From Octopus sinensis (taxonomy: Eukaryota): a DNA stretch of 64,000 nt. Of this stretch, positions 25,133 to 37,796 are shown piece by piece (positions within the stretch are counted from its first letter, which is position 1; each line of letters starts with the position of its first letter). The stretch spans positions 1 to 64,000 of the forward strand of contig NW_021835959.1 of assembly GCF_006345805.1 (NCBI RefSeq), given 5' to 3'. A program made the translations under genes and the position numbers. The notes under the pieces were generated by a model. It was not told where the DNA came from, did no database searches, and saw nothing but the letters and a program-made list of their open reading frames with translations.

Positions 25133-25710
25133 GGCAGCGAGCTGGCAGACACGTTAGCGCGCAGGGCGAAATGCTTAGCGGTATTTCGTCTGCCGCCACG
25201 TTCTGAGTTCAAATTCCGCCGAGGTCGACTTTGCCTTTCATCCTTTCGGGGTCGATTAAATAAGTACCAGTTACGCACTGGGGTTGATGTAATCGACTTA
25301 ATCCGTTTGTCTGTCCTTGTTTATCCCCTCTGTGTTTAGCCCCTTGTGGGTAGTAAAGAAATAGGTATTTCGTCTGTCGCTACGTTCTGAGTTCAAATTC
25401 CGCCGAGGTCGACTTTGCCTTTCATCCTTTCGGGGTCGATTAAATAAGTACCAGTTACGCACTGGGGTCGATATAATCGACTTAATCCGTCTGTCTGTCC
25501 TTGTTTATCTCTCTGTGTTTAGCCCCTTGTGGGTAGTAAAGAAATAGGTATTTCATCTGTCATTATGTTCTGAGTTCAAATTCAGCCGAGGTCGACTTTG
25601 CCTTTCATTCTTTCGGGGTCGATAAATTAAGTACCAGTTGCGTACTGGTGTCGATCTGATTGACTGGCCCTCTCCCCAAAAATTTCAAGCCTTGTGCGTA
25701 AAATAGAATA
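25133..25710 (+). mobile_element. SINE family B trimer
   Basis: Body start ggtatttc(g/a)tctg at 25180, 25364 and 25547 (period about 184 bp). Confidence 0.92.
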
Positions 25711-25744
25711 TATGCAGGAGTCACTTTGGCATTTAAATGATATT

Positions 25745-25947
25745 CTTTTATTTGTTTCAGTCATTTGACTGCGGCCATGCTGGAGCTTCGCATTTAGTCG
25801 AAGAAAGCGACCCCAGGACTTATTCTTTGTAAGCCTAGTACTTATTCTATCGGGTCTTTTGCCGAACCGCTAAGTTACGGGGACGTAAACACAACAGCAT
25901 TAGTTGTCAAGCGATGGTAGTAGGACAAATACACATGCAAACACTCA

Positions 25948-26024
<77 letters not shown>

Positions 26025-26152
26025 GTACGAAGGGCTTCTTTCGGTTTCCGTCTACCAAATCCACTCACAAGGCTTTGGTCAACCCGAGGCTATAGCAGAA
26101 GGCACTTGCCCAAGGTGCCACGCAGTAGGACTGAACCCGGAACCATGTGGTT
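25745..26152 (-). mobile_element. SINE family A
   Basis: Reverse complement of family A with internal (CA)n(TA)n. Confidence 0.88.
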
Positions 26153-26501
26153 GCATAATTTTTTTTTATTATTATTGATTTTGCTACAACTTTTTTTTCA
26201 TATATTTGTAATACTGTCTTCATAATATGACACAGTAATGAAAGAAGACAATGTATCATCTACAGCAATCCCTCACCATATCGCGGTTTACCTATCGCCG
26301 TTTAGTACTTAAGCTTACGCCGATTCCTCTGTGGTGTTGTTTTGCATTTATAATAAAATATTACGGAGATGTACTCGCATAGCAAGTAATTTGATCTGAG
26401 ATCGTGTGCTGAAACGAAAACAATTGCAGCGTGGAAGGTGTTTATAAGCCATTTAAGAAACACACAAAAGCCGTTCGATTCACTTCAACATTTAAGTTTA
26501 A

Positions 26502-26551
26502 TTTGTCAAAATATTTTCGTCGCTAAAATCCGCGACCTGTTCACTGACAAA
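26502..26551 (-). ncRNA. type-I HHR fold, G3:C8 core (GUGAACA)
   Basis: Mirror image of 26585-26634. Confidence 0.65.
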
Positions 26552-26584
26552 GTCCGTGCTGCATCTCTGAGATGCAGCACGGAC

Positions 26585-26634
26585 TTTGTCAGTGATCAGG
26601 TCGCGGATTTTAGCGACGAAAATATTTTGACAAA
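26585..26634 (+). ncRNA. type-I HHR fold, G3:C8 core (GUGAUCA)
   Basis: tttgtca-GTGATCA-g-gtcgc[ggatttta]gcgac-GAAA-atat-TT-tgacaaa. Confidence 0.65.
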
Positions 26635-26999
26635 TTAAACTTAAATGTTGAAGTGAATCGAACGGCTTTTGTGTGTTTCTTAAATGGCTTATAAACACCT
26701 TCCACGCTGCAATTGTTATAATAAAATAAATATATACAAATTATAAAAACAATTTTAAAACATACATAGTTCAGTACCGCTTCTACTTCGCGGATTTTCA
26801 CCTATCGCGGGGGTGGTTTTAGAACGTAAAACCCTCGATAGTCGAGGGATCACTGTATTTTCAATATAATAAAAAAGAAAAACAAGCTTAACCGCCAACA
26901 AGACAATTTAAAAAAAAAAACTCATCGTATACCTGCAAAGAACGTAATCTAAAAACCAACAGCGCATATCCAAACACACTTAATTTCCTTGATGGGAAT

Positions 27000-27374
27000 G
27001 GAAGCACTCCGACGATGAGGGTTCCGGTTGATCCGAATCAACGGAACAGCCTGCTCGTGAAATTAACGTGTAAGTGGCTGAGCACTCCACAGACACGTGC
27101 ACCCTTAACGTAGTTCTCGGGGATATTCAGCGTGACACAGAGAGTGACAAGGCCGGCCCCTTGAAATACAGGTACAACAGAAACAGGAAGTAAGAGTGAG
27201 AGAAAGTTGTGGTGAAAGAGTACAGCAGGGATCACCACCATCCCCTGCCGGAGCCTCGTGGAGCTTTTAGGTGTTTTCGCTCAATAAACACTCACAACGC
27301 CCGGTCTGGGAATCGAAACCGCGATCCTATGACCACGAGTCCGCTGCCCTAACCACTGGGCCATTGCGTCTCCA
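27000..27374 (-). mobile_element. SINE family C with tail a
   Basis: Near-identical reverse complement of 32608-32994. Confidence 0.92.
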
Positions 27375-27764
27375 CTGATATTACACTATGTTAGCAGTGA
27401 CAACCTCTACCCCTTCATACGATCCAACTAAAGCCCATTATACATTAAGACGAAGTTCTAATTACTTACCTTCCTTTATTAAGATTCTGGATGAGAGAAT
27501 CAGTATACGCTTGACAAAAATAGCCTTAGATGAGGCCATTTTTACAAGATCCCCGCAATGATATGCTGATACTTAAAAGGCATGTAGCTTAGTGACGAAA
27601 CTGTTGAACTCAGAAGTGTAAAGTTGTAGGTTCGAATCCAGGATCCAGTTGTACATTGCATCCTTAAACAAGACATTTCACTTTATGTTGCCCTTGTTTA
27701 TTCAGTAGCATCTACTTGTCTGTCTATCTGCCTGTCTCTCAGTTTATCTATCTATCTATCTATA

Positions 27765-28250
27765 TTAAAGCCTTAAAACTCTACTCTCTCCAGCGCCGCC
27801 GCGAGCGGTACATCATTTTTACGATGTGGAGAATATACCGCCAGCATTACCCAAACGACCTGTACATTAGTTACAAGGTTCATCCAAAGCTGGGACCACG
27901 GGCCATACGCCCCCTGCCCAATTCAATATCACAACATATAGGTACACTGCGGCATAATTTCTTTTCCTCAACAGGTCCTGCCCTGTTTAACATTGTCCCA
28001 AAACTGATTAAAGAGGAAAAGGATCCCATCACCTTTAAACGGAGTCTGGACAGATTTCTTCAAGGAATACTAGATAAGCCACCCATACCTGGATACAACT
28101 CACTCAACAAGAACTCACTACTTGAATGGACCATAAACAAAACTTAACTTTAAAAGGATTTAGATAATCCTATCAGGCGGTGTTATTAAGTTAGACATGG
28201 CCTGGACCAATCTTTGGTGGAAACATATCTAAGTTTTTAAGTTTTTTTAA
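27765..28250 (+). mobile_element. CR1-group LINE 3' end (ORF2 C-terminus plus 3' UTR)
   Basis: LKLYSLQRRRERYII..WRI...GPALFNIVP...FKRSLDRFL..I.DKP..PGY...NSLLEW; open frame to the stop at 28147. Confidence 0.85.
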
Positions 28251-28280
28251 TCTGTTTATCTATTTGTCTGTCTCTAACTG

Positions 28281-28343
<63 letters not shown>

Positions 28344-28522
28344 GTATCTATCTATCTATTTGTTTGTCTGTCTCTAAGTTTATCTATCTATCTACCTGTC
28401 TATCGACCAGCCATAAATCTTGTATATATATATTCTTAGTTTCATACATCCATGAACCGTCAAAATTATATTAATAAATCTGTTACGGATAATTAAACCT
28501 CCTCATACCTCCTATATATTTA

Positions 28523-28761
28523 AGGCGGCGAGCTGGCAGAAACATTAGCAAGCCGGGCGAAAAGCGTAGCCGTATTTCGTCTGCCGTTACGTTCTGAATT
28601 CAAATTCCGCCGAGGTCGACTTTCATCCTTTCATCCTTTCATCCTTTCGGGGTCGATAAATTAAGTACCTGTTCACTGGGGTCGATGTAATCAACTTAAT
28701 CCGTTTGTCTGTCCTTGTTTGTCCCCTCTGTGTTTAGCCCCTTGTGGGTAGTAAAGAAATA
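28523..28761 (+). mobile_element. SINE family B monomer
   Basis: Consensus match; internal tttcatcc triplicated. Confidence 0.9.
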
Positions 28762-28869
28762 TATATATTTGATATACACAGCAGTATGCAATGTTTTACC
28801 AAAAAAGGAAAACTATAATTGTCACTAAATATGAGCATACATTTGCCACAGCATGACCGTTACTCTCGA

Positions 28870-29019
28870 GCTGTGTGATAAGTAGCTTGCTTACCAAGTA
28901 CATGGTTCCGTGTTCAGTCCCACTGCGTGGCACCTAGGGCAAGTGTCTTCTAATATAGCCTCGGGCTGACCAAAGCCTTGTGAGTGGATTTGGTAGGCGG
29001 AAACTGAAAGAAGCCCGTC

Positions 29020-29073
<54 letters not shown>

Positions 29074-29090
29074 GTGTGTATATATATATG

Positions 29091-29187
<97 letters not shown>

Positions 29188-29415
29188 GTATGTATATGTG
29201 TGTGTGTATATCTGTGTTTGTTCGCTCACCATCGCTGGACAACCGATGCTGGTATGTTTACGTCCCCGTCACTTAGCGGTTCGGCAAAGAGGCCGATAGA
29301 ATAAGTACTAGGCTTAAAAGAATAACTCCTGGGGGCGATTTGCTCAACTAAAGGCGGTGCTCCAGCATGGCCGCAGTCAAATGACTGAAACAAGTAAAAG
29401 AGTAAAATAGTAAAA
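28870..29415 (+). mobile_element. SINE family A
   Basis: Full architecture with an expanded internal microsatellite. Confidence 0.88.
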
Positions 29416-29573
29416 TATGAGATAGTTAGGTGAGATGAATGTGTCCTGCACGCCACGAAATTTTAACTCACATGGCCCTGTTTCAAACTATCTTTAAATG
29501 TCTAAATATTTAAATGGATGTGAGTGCGCGCAGGCGTGTGTGTATGTATGTGTCTGTGTGTTTATCTATGTAT

Positions 29574-29731
29574 CAGTGTCGGACTGAGAGTATTAAGGGC
29601 CCTCGGGTATAACTGTTTACCGGGCCCCTTTGAATGTGTGTTTTAGTAGAGTTAATATGTAGAGTGCGGACCCCTGAAAGCTCCGGGCCCTCGGGCAGTG
29701 CTCGATTGACCGACGGCTCAGTCCGACCCTG
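29574..29731. mobile_element. 158-bp hAT-type MITE
   Basis: TIRs cagtgtcggactgag / ctcagtccgaccctg; exact 8-bp TSD ctatgtat. Confidence 0.9.
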
Positions 29732-30004
29732 CTATGTATATATGGTTCAAAGTTGGTGAATTTATGTACGTAAAACATAATAACCAAACGAAGTCCAGTA
29801 ACCAGATTTTCTTATATTTTTTTCACTGTATTTTTCTCATTATATTTCGTGGTATTGAAACCACTGTGTTTCATTTGGATAACATTGATTTTCTTTATCT
29901 TATCTCACAAAGACAACAATAGAGAATTCGTTATAGGTTAATTTTTAAGTGGTTAATTATTAAGTGCTAAGCCTCTACGCGAATAAGAGCAATCAAAAAA
30001 TCCT

Positions 30005-30398
30005 TTCTGCTATAGGCACAAGGTCTGAAATTTGGGGGGAGAGGATGAGTCGATTACGTCGATCCTCAGTGTGCAACTGGTGCTTAATTTATCGACCCCG
30101 AAAGAATGAAAGGCAAAGTCGACCTCGGCGGAATTTGAACTCAGAACGTGAGGACAGAGGAAATACCTATTTCTTACTTCCCACAAGGGGCTAAATACAG
30201 AGAGGACAACAAAGACAGACAAACGGATTAAGTCGATTATATCGACCCCAGTGCGTAACTGGTACTTATTTAATCGACCCCGAAAGGATGAAAGGCAAAG
30301 TCGACCTCGGCTGAATTTGATCTCAGAACGTAGTGGCAGACGAAATGCCACGAAGCATTTCGCCCGGCGTGCTAACGATTCTGCCAGCTCGCTGCCTT
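30005..30398 (-). mobile_element. SINE family B dimer
   Basis: Two bodies and both tail types. Confidence 0.9.
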
Positions 30399-30510
30399 AG
30401 AGTAATCTAATAATGAATGGGAAAAGCATACAGAGGTGTTTGTAATTTCAGTAGATTTATTCAAGACTTCATATATGAATCTGTAAGTTATATTCTTAGG
30501 ATAATTTTAG

Positions 30511-30605
30511 CGCAAATTTGTGATGCGAAAATTTGTGATACGAAGCAAATTTGTGATACTAAGTAAATTTGTGATGCGCAAATTTGTGATACGAAGCAAA
30601 TTTGC
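30511..30605. repeat. 15-18-bp minisatellite (aaatttgtgat core, about 5.5 copies)
   Basis: Repeated aaatttgtgat(a/g)c. Confidence 0.85.
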
Positions 30606-31169
30606 TCCAAAATACACAAGTTAAGTAATGGAATACTTTTAACAAAAGCTGTATCAAAAATAAGTAGTCCGCTAAGTTATGGGGACGTGAACACACCAAC
30701 ACCGGTTGTCAAGCAGTAGTGGAACACACGCACACACACACCCACACACACACACACACTTACACACACATACACGTGCTCCGAGGTAGATTCCGTCCAC
30801 CTTATTTATGGTAGTGTCATAGTATTAGTTACTTGGCCAAGGTGCCGTGCAGGTGGGGGAAAACTAGAATCACTCAACTGAAACGTGACTTTCTTGAGCA
30901 CACAACTACACCTGTCTGTGTCCTGTAATGAGTTTTCATATCCGGATACACAAGTAGTATGAATAATCTATTTTTTACTTTCTTATTAAGATACATTTCC
31001 AAGAAGACGATATACTCGCTGAAGATCAGTTTTGACTTAAATTATAACTATATACAGAGAGAAAGAGATGGTTCAAGAAAAAGATTTTTTGACCACTGTT
31101 TGTACATCACGTGGGTACTTTGGCTATGTAGTTGCTGCATAGCCAAAGTGCCAACGTAGACTGAAGTAA

Positions 31170-31349
31170 CAGTGAACAGGTCGCGGTCTCAAAGCGAAAA
31201 TATTTTGACAAATTAAATTTAAATGTTGAAGTGAATCTATCGGTTTTGTGTGTTTCTTAAATGGCTTATAAACACCTTCCACGCTGCAATTGTTTTCGTT
31301 CCAGCACACGATCTCAGATCAAGTTACTCGCTATGCAAGTACATCTCTC
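31170..31349 (+). mobile_element. third locus of the G3:C8-HHR repeat
   Basis: Reverse complement of 26367-26546; core gtgaaca kept, 3 nt lost at the stem II/GAAA junction. Confidence 0.8.
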
Positions 31350-31514
31350 AACACTGCCTCCGTACAATTAAAACTGTGGCTGCGCACTGCGCCAAAGAAA
31401 CTTGAATTAACGTGGAACTGAGTCAGACATTTTGGTTGGGAAGAGCTAAGTTTGATTACATCGCTTCCCGTACTCAACTGATACTTATTTTATCAAACCC
31501 GAAGGAATGAAAGG

Positions 31515-31550
<36 letters not shown>

Positions 31551-31750
31551 TGTGTTTGTGTGTCTGTGTTTGTCCCCACCATCGTTTGACAACCAATACT
31601 GGTGTGTTTACATCTCCGTAACTTAGCGGTTCGGCAAAAGAGGCCGATAGAATAAGTACTAGGCTTACAAAGAATAAGTCCTGAGGTCAGTTTGTTCGAC
31701 TAGAGGTGGTGCTCCAACATGACTGCCGTCAAATGAGTGAAACAGATAAA

Positions 31751-31791
<41 letters not shown>

Positions 31792-31863
31792 AGAGTGAGT
31801 GAGTGAGAGACAGACAGACAGACAGACAGACGGACGGACGGACGGAAAGACAGACAGACAGAC

Positions 31864-31953
<90 letters not shown>

Positions 31954-31978
31954 GAGATAGAGATAGATAGATAGATAG

Positions 31979-32054
<76 letters not shown>

Positions 32055-32070
32055 GTGTATGTATGTATGT

Positions 32071-32527
32071 CTCTTCGATGTTTTAATTATTATGAATCTT
32101 CCCCTGAGGAGTGAGCCGGTTTCCAGCAAATATACAAGGCTCTATCTTTGGAATGTAGTTAACACAAACAAATTCACATTTGGAACTTGAGAAAAGCCTT
32201 GCATATTTTTACTGCTCCACTCACAGATTGCACATGTAATGTACGAATCAGCCGATCAATTTCTCTTTCCGAAAATCACAGTTTATCCAGATTCTCTTTT
32301 AAGCATTTACTAATAAAAACCTAATGCTCAAATTATTCGTAATCTGGATATAGAAGCTGGAGCTTTCGAAGCAGTTGCCCATGGATATCCTCTTTTTCTT
32401 TGATTTTCAGAAATATTTATATCTGCAGGGCAGCTAAACTCTATGATGTTACATACCTTCACCCCACTGTCCCAAGCAACAATATCCGGTCTATTATGCT
32501 TACATTCCACCAGTATTCCTTGAGTTA
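32071..32527 (-). mobile_element. R4/Dong-like non-LTR 3' end (restriction-like endonuclease)
   Basis: KHNRPDIVAWD...IIEFSCPAD and C-terminus LHVQSVSGAVKICKAFLKF*; flanked by (TATG)n. Confidence 0.8.
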
Positions 32528-32607
32528 GTATGTATGTATGTATGTATGTATGTATGTATGTATGTATGTATGTATGTATGTATGTATGTATGTATGTATG
32601 TATGTGT

Positions 32608-32994
32608 GGAGGCGCAATGGCCCAGTGGTTAGGGCAGCGGACTCGCGGTCATAGGATCGCGGTTTCGATTCCCAGACCGGGCGTTGTGAGTGTTTATTGA
32701 GCGAAAAACACCTAAAAAGCTCCACGAGGCTCCGGCATGGGGATGGTGGTGATCCCTGCTGTACTCTTTCACCACAACTTTCTCTCACTCTTACTTCCTG
32801 TTTCTGTTGTACCTGTATTTCAAGGGGCCGGCCTTGTCACTCTCTGTGTCACGCTGAATATCCCCGAGAACTACGTTAAGGGTGCACGTGTCTGTGGAGT
32901 GCTCAGCCACTTACACGTTAATTTCACGAGCAGGCTGTTCCGTTGATTCGGATCAACCGGAACCCTCGTCGTCGTAACCGACGGAGTGCTTCCA
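32608..32994 (+). mobile_element. SINE family C with tail a (reference copy)
   Basis: A-box tggcccagtgg, B-box gtttcgattcc; inserted in (TATG)n. Confidence 0.92.
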
Positions 32995-33029
32995 TCCATG
33001 TATGTATGTATGTATGTATTATCACTGGC

Positions 33030-33300
33030 AATTTTATAAGTACCCTTGCGGATATTGAATTTTAGTGCGATGCTGTTTACAGATCTTCCTTTATCATTCT
33101 GACATCTTCCAGTGTGTCCTTTACAGCGAGTATATCGTCTACATATCTAGCGTATATCGTATGCTTATGTCTTAGAACTATGTTGTTTTCAGTTACAGAC
33201 ACATATAATGCTGCTACATTGAACCTTATTAGTGAACCTATGGCAACTATTCTCGTGTTTATAATTTGCCGTGTGGCGGACACAATGATAAAGTCTCCAA
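33030..33300 (-). mobile_element. Penelope-like reverse transcriptase fragment
   Basis: VAIGS...YARYVDDIL, resembling PLE RT motifs G.AMGS and RYVDD. Confidence 0.7.
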
Positions 33301-35419
33301 TATACAAAAAGCAGGATGGTCTTGGCCTGTATGCCTTTTTATCACAGGTCTGCTCGATCAAATTTAATCAAGGCTAACACAGCTCAAACAGCCTCTATGC
33401 AGTAGGTGTATCTGCTAGATGTTTCAGCCAGAACTCTCGAAATCACAGCCTATCAGAATGTAGTTCCTAATATATAAAAAGATACATGGTCACGACTGAA
33501 AGTTTTTCATCACAGATGCCAAAATTTGAAACTGATATTGCTAATGACACACATCAATAGTAATCTATTGAGTAAATGGCTGCAACACAACGACATATAA
33601 ATGAAAATATCTTAACATCAACAAATGTCATGACAGAAAAAGCAAGATTGGGAGAGAAAGTAATAAAATATGAAATTTGCAAACATTATTCTCTTCACAC
33701 TAAATTAACACTCTTTTCAAAATTCTCTTTTCAAAATATATTGACGTAATAATTGTGCTGAAGCATAATGTATAATCTAGAAACCTCCTTCAAGTTATGA
33801 ATGAAGGAAACTGAAGTTACAATTATCTCGCTTCATTTGTTTGAAAACGCCCAGTATTTCTGAAAAAGAATGTTTTTACCCAGTAACGAATAAGTAGGAC
33901 ACGTTTCGTAACGCTCTAATCTTATACTAGAACTAATCAAAAATATATATGAAACTAGAAAAACCATTCAGCTTTGATATTTGAAGTTGTGTGAAACACT
34001 AGATATTACACCACTAATTAACATCTGATTATTTGTTAATAAGTTTTTATTTATTTATTCATTACCCTTTGTAAATACTTTGACTTTTTATTCATAAATC
34101 GATGTCAACATGGAAAGGACAGAAAAACTAATCGAGTAATTTCGTAATTAAGCTTTGGTCAGGAAATGTTTACAATTCGTTGTGTATTGAATTAGTTAAT
34201 TATTATGTACGTTTATGAATGTTTAACATGCAACTGTTGATTAACCCCCAGGTGAGCCCTGGCCGAACAAATCTATAATCAAAGATTCAAGCAGTGACAA
34301 TCCCGATATATTTTAACAAATAAATACCAACAGTCATTTTTTACCTATTTTAGCTTTCAATTTGCTATTACCCCAAGCACAGAAATGTTAACATGTTGGA
34401 TTTGCATGACTTTTCATGAATTTTGATGTTTTATACCCTATGGTAATTTCCTTACGTCATATGTTTTTCCAAAATCTTGCGCAACCACCTAGAAATATAC
34501 TAAAAGATCTATATCAATCAACTCTCAAATAAAAAAAAACTGACGATCAAATTAAAACAACATAACTTCAAATTAAACAATGTAATCTCAAATTAAAATA
34601 AACGAATTTCAAATTAATACAAATTAATCTCGACTTGAAACAACTGAACTGTGATCTAAATCATATTAACTTTAATTTAAATCCGATGTTACTTTTTATT
34701 TAAAACAAATAAATAACAACTTAAATACAATGAAATTCTTATTAAAATAACTACACTAACATCGATGAAAAATATACACAGGCTCTGAGATAGATTCCGT
34801 CCACCATATTTCTATGGTAGGATATAGTATTGGTTATTTGACCAAGGTGCCATGCAGGCGGGGGGGGGACCGGAATCACACGACTGAAAAGTGAATTTCT
34901 TGAAGGCATAGCAACACATGCTTGTCACAAAGTCTGTGTCCTGAAATGGGCTTTCAGTTTAACAGTATAACATGAATATCTATTTATATTTTACTTTCTC
35001 ATTAACATTTCCTAGTTGCATTTCCAAGTATTTCCATACCGAAACGAAACGCAAAAGAAGCTATTTTCGCTATAAAAATTGTAAGCAGAAATAGACGGTC
35101 GATTAGGTTGCAGTAATTTAATGCTACTTATTTTAAAACCTCGCTTTTACAACATATAACAAACCTCGCTATAACAACCCTGAATGGATCTGCACACAGA
35201 CTTGAAAGGGTACTAGACTTAGATACAGCCAAGCCTTTGTGACAGATTTCAAATACAAGCAACAGCAAACAATCCTCAATAAATAGCTAGGCTTTTTTTA
35301 AAGGTTTGTTTGCCCATATTTTTGTTTCCACTAAGAATACGACAACTTCTAAGTACAATCAATAAAACTGAACTCTGTATATGGGTGGGGTGGGGTGGGT
35401 TTTTTCTTATGGTGCTCTT

Positions 35420-36016
35420 TTATCTTTTACTTCCTTAGGTCCTTAGACTACGGCCATGCTGGAGCACCACCTTGAAACGATTAATTTTTAGTCCAATGAA
35501 TCGACCCTAATACTTGCTTTTGTTTAGCCCGGTACTTATCCTATCGGTCTTATTTTTGCCGAACCGCTAGGCTATGGGAACGTGAACACACCAACACCGG
35601 TTGTCAAGCAGTAGTGACGCATACACACACACACACACCTATATACATATACATATGTGTGTGTATGCATATATATATGTATATATATGTATATATATGT
35701 GTGTGTTGTGTGTATGTGTGTGTGTGTGTGTGTGTTGTGCGTGTGCGTGTAGAGGGGCGTGGTTTAGCGTTTAGAGTGTCAGCATCATGATCGTAAGATT
35801 GTGGTTTCAATTCCTGGATCGGGCGACGCGTTGTGTTCTTGAGCAAAACACTTCATTTCACATTGCTTCAGTCCACTCAGCTGGCAAAAATGAGTAACGC
35901 TGCGATGGACTGGCGATCACATACGCCACGGAAACCGGGAAACCGGACCCATGAGCGTGGCTAGGCTTTAAAAGGGCGCGTTTATTTATTTATACATATA
36001 TATCTGTATGTATATA

Positions 36017-36090
<74 letters not shown>

Positions 36091-36102
36091 ATGTGATATA
36101 TA

Positions 36103-36138
<36 letters not shown>

Positions 36139-36229
36139 TGTATGATATATATATATATATATATGTGTGTGTGGTATGTATGTGCATGTATATATATATA
36201 TATATATATTATATATATGTATGTGTATG

Positions 36230-36262
<33 letters not shown>

Positions 36263-36458
36263 GTAATGTATATATATATATATATATCTATATATATATA
36301 TATACGACGGGCTCCTGTCATTTCCGTCTACCACATCCACTTTTATATTATAGCCCGAGGCTATAGTATAAGACACTTGGGCCAAGGTGCCACACAATGC
36401 GACTGAACTCTGAATCATGTAGTTTGGAAGCAAGCTCTTACCACACAGCCACGCCTGC
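35420..36458 (-). mobile_element. SINE family A with a nested D-head/V-like SINE (35756-35985, +)
   Basis: A tail at 35420-35610 and A head at 36305-36458; the second SINE lies inside the internal microsatellite. Confidence 0.8.
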
Positions 36459-37246
36459 GCTTTTCGTCGGCCTCTGTTTTTTTTTTTACCTCGAACTAAC
36501 AGTGGGAAAAGGCAAAAAGGGCGCATCTAAGAAATTGGGGTCAACATTCAAACAGGAGTGCCGAGTATTTAACCACAATTCAAAGCTTATTATTCAATAA
36601 GCAAAATGTCAGTTAACTTCCTGCATTATGGCGCTCACCACAACTTTGTTCTATATTGTTTATCGCGTGTATATAGTTTTCATTTACTAAGTTTATTCTG
36701 TAACAAGGATGTCACTGCAGTATGTTGGCTGCTATATATGTGTATGTGGTGTCTTGCGTGTGTATGTGTGTGTGTGCGCGCTCATGTATGAAAGTCGTCA
36801 CATTTAATCTTAACTTGATAAACGACATAAGTTCCGAGAAAAGAATAAAATAATAAGGTTACAATCCTTTTCTGTACGACACAATGCAAGCATATAAATA
36901 AATACGTCAATGTATTTATTTATATGCTAGCATATAAGGCCGCAATCTACTCTCACACGCAGCATCTTTCAGAGCTTGTCGCTAATTCACTTATTAACCA
37001 AATTGAAAACTGTTAACATTTTGAAGAGGACTGATCCCTAGTTACATTTGGCATTAAAAAAATTGTGATTTGATCCAATAGAAAAAAGTTTACATTAAAA
37101 TTTGTAGTAACGTGTAGGAGAGTAAGACATTTTGGGGACCTTTGGTTTGTGCTAGGGATCACGGTGGTCTCACATCCTGGACCTGCGACTCATTTTGGCA
37201 CCAGACATCTTGTCCTGACTTGTCTCTGGATAATATCATATATATA

Positions 37247-37318
<72 letters not shown>

Positions 37319-37489
37319 TACATACATATACATATGCATATATACACATATAGTATATACATATATATATGTATACATATATATATAGATACATGTGTGT
37401 ATGTGTGTGTCTTTTGTCTTTGTGTACCCCAACCGCTGTTTCACAAACCGCTGTTTCACAACCGCGTGTGGATTGTTTCGTTCTAGTAA

Positions 37490-37527
<38 letters not shown>

Positions 37528-37552
37528 TATATACATACATACATACATACAT

Positions 37553-37628
<76 letters not shown>

Positions 37629-37796
37629 CTGAGTATCCCGTCGTTGCCGGGACTTTCGGACTAGCACACCCACGTAAATTGTATTTTCTCATTTTGACAG
37701 GGATTTTTCAAATATTTTTTACACCACACCCTTGCAAAAGATGGGTGAATGAGAAGCTTCTGTATGAAAAGCATTTTTTGAAATGTTATGAATCGT

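Larger units (their letters stand above)
26361..26715. mobile_element. non-coding palindromic insert carrying two inverted HHR folds (PLE-terminus-like)
   Basis: 149-bp arms around 26568 with one mismatch; TSD ttataataaaata at 26348 and 26716. Confidence 0.85.
26263..26855. mobile_element. pogo/Tigger-like MITE interrupted by the palindromic insert
   Basis: TA-flanked imperfect TIRs cagcaatccctcaccatatcg / cgatagtcgagggatcactg. Confidence 0.75.

Noticed and set aside
32608-32685. tRNA genes at SINE heads
   Set aside because: A/B boxes are present, but there is no complete cloverleaf or terminator and each head continues into a SINE body.
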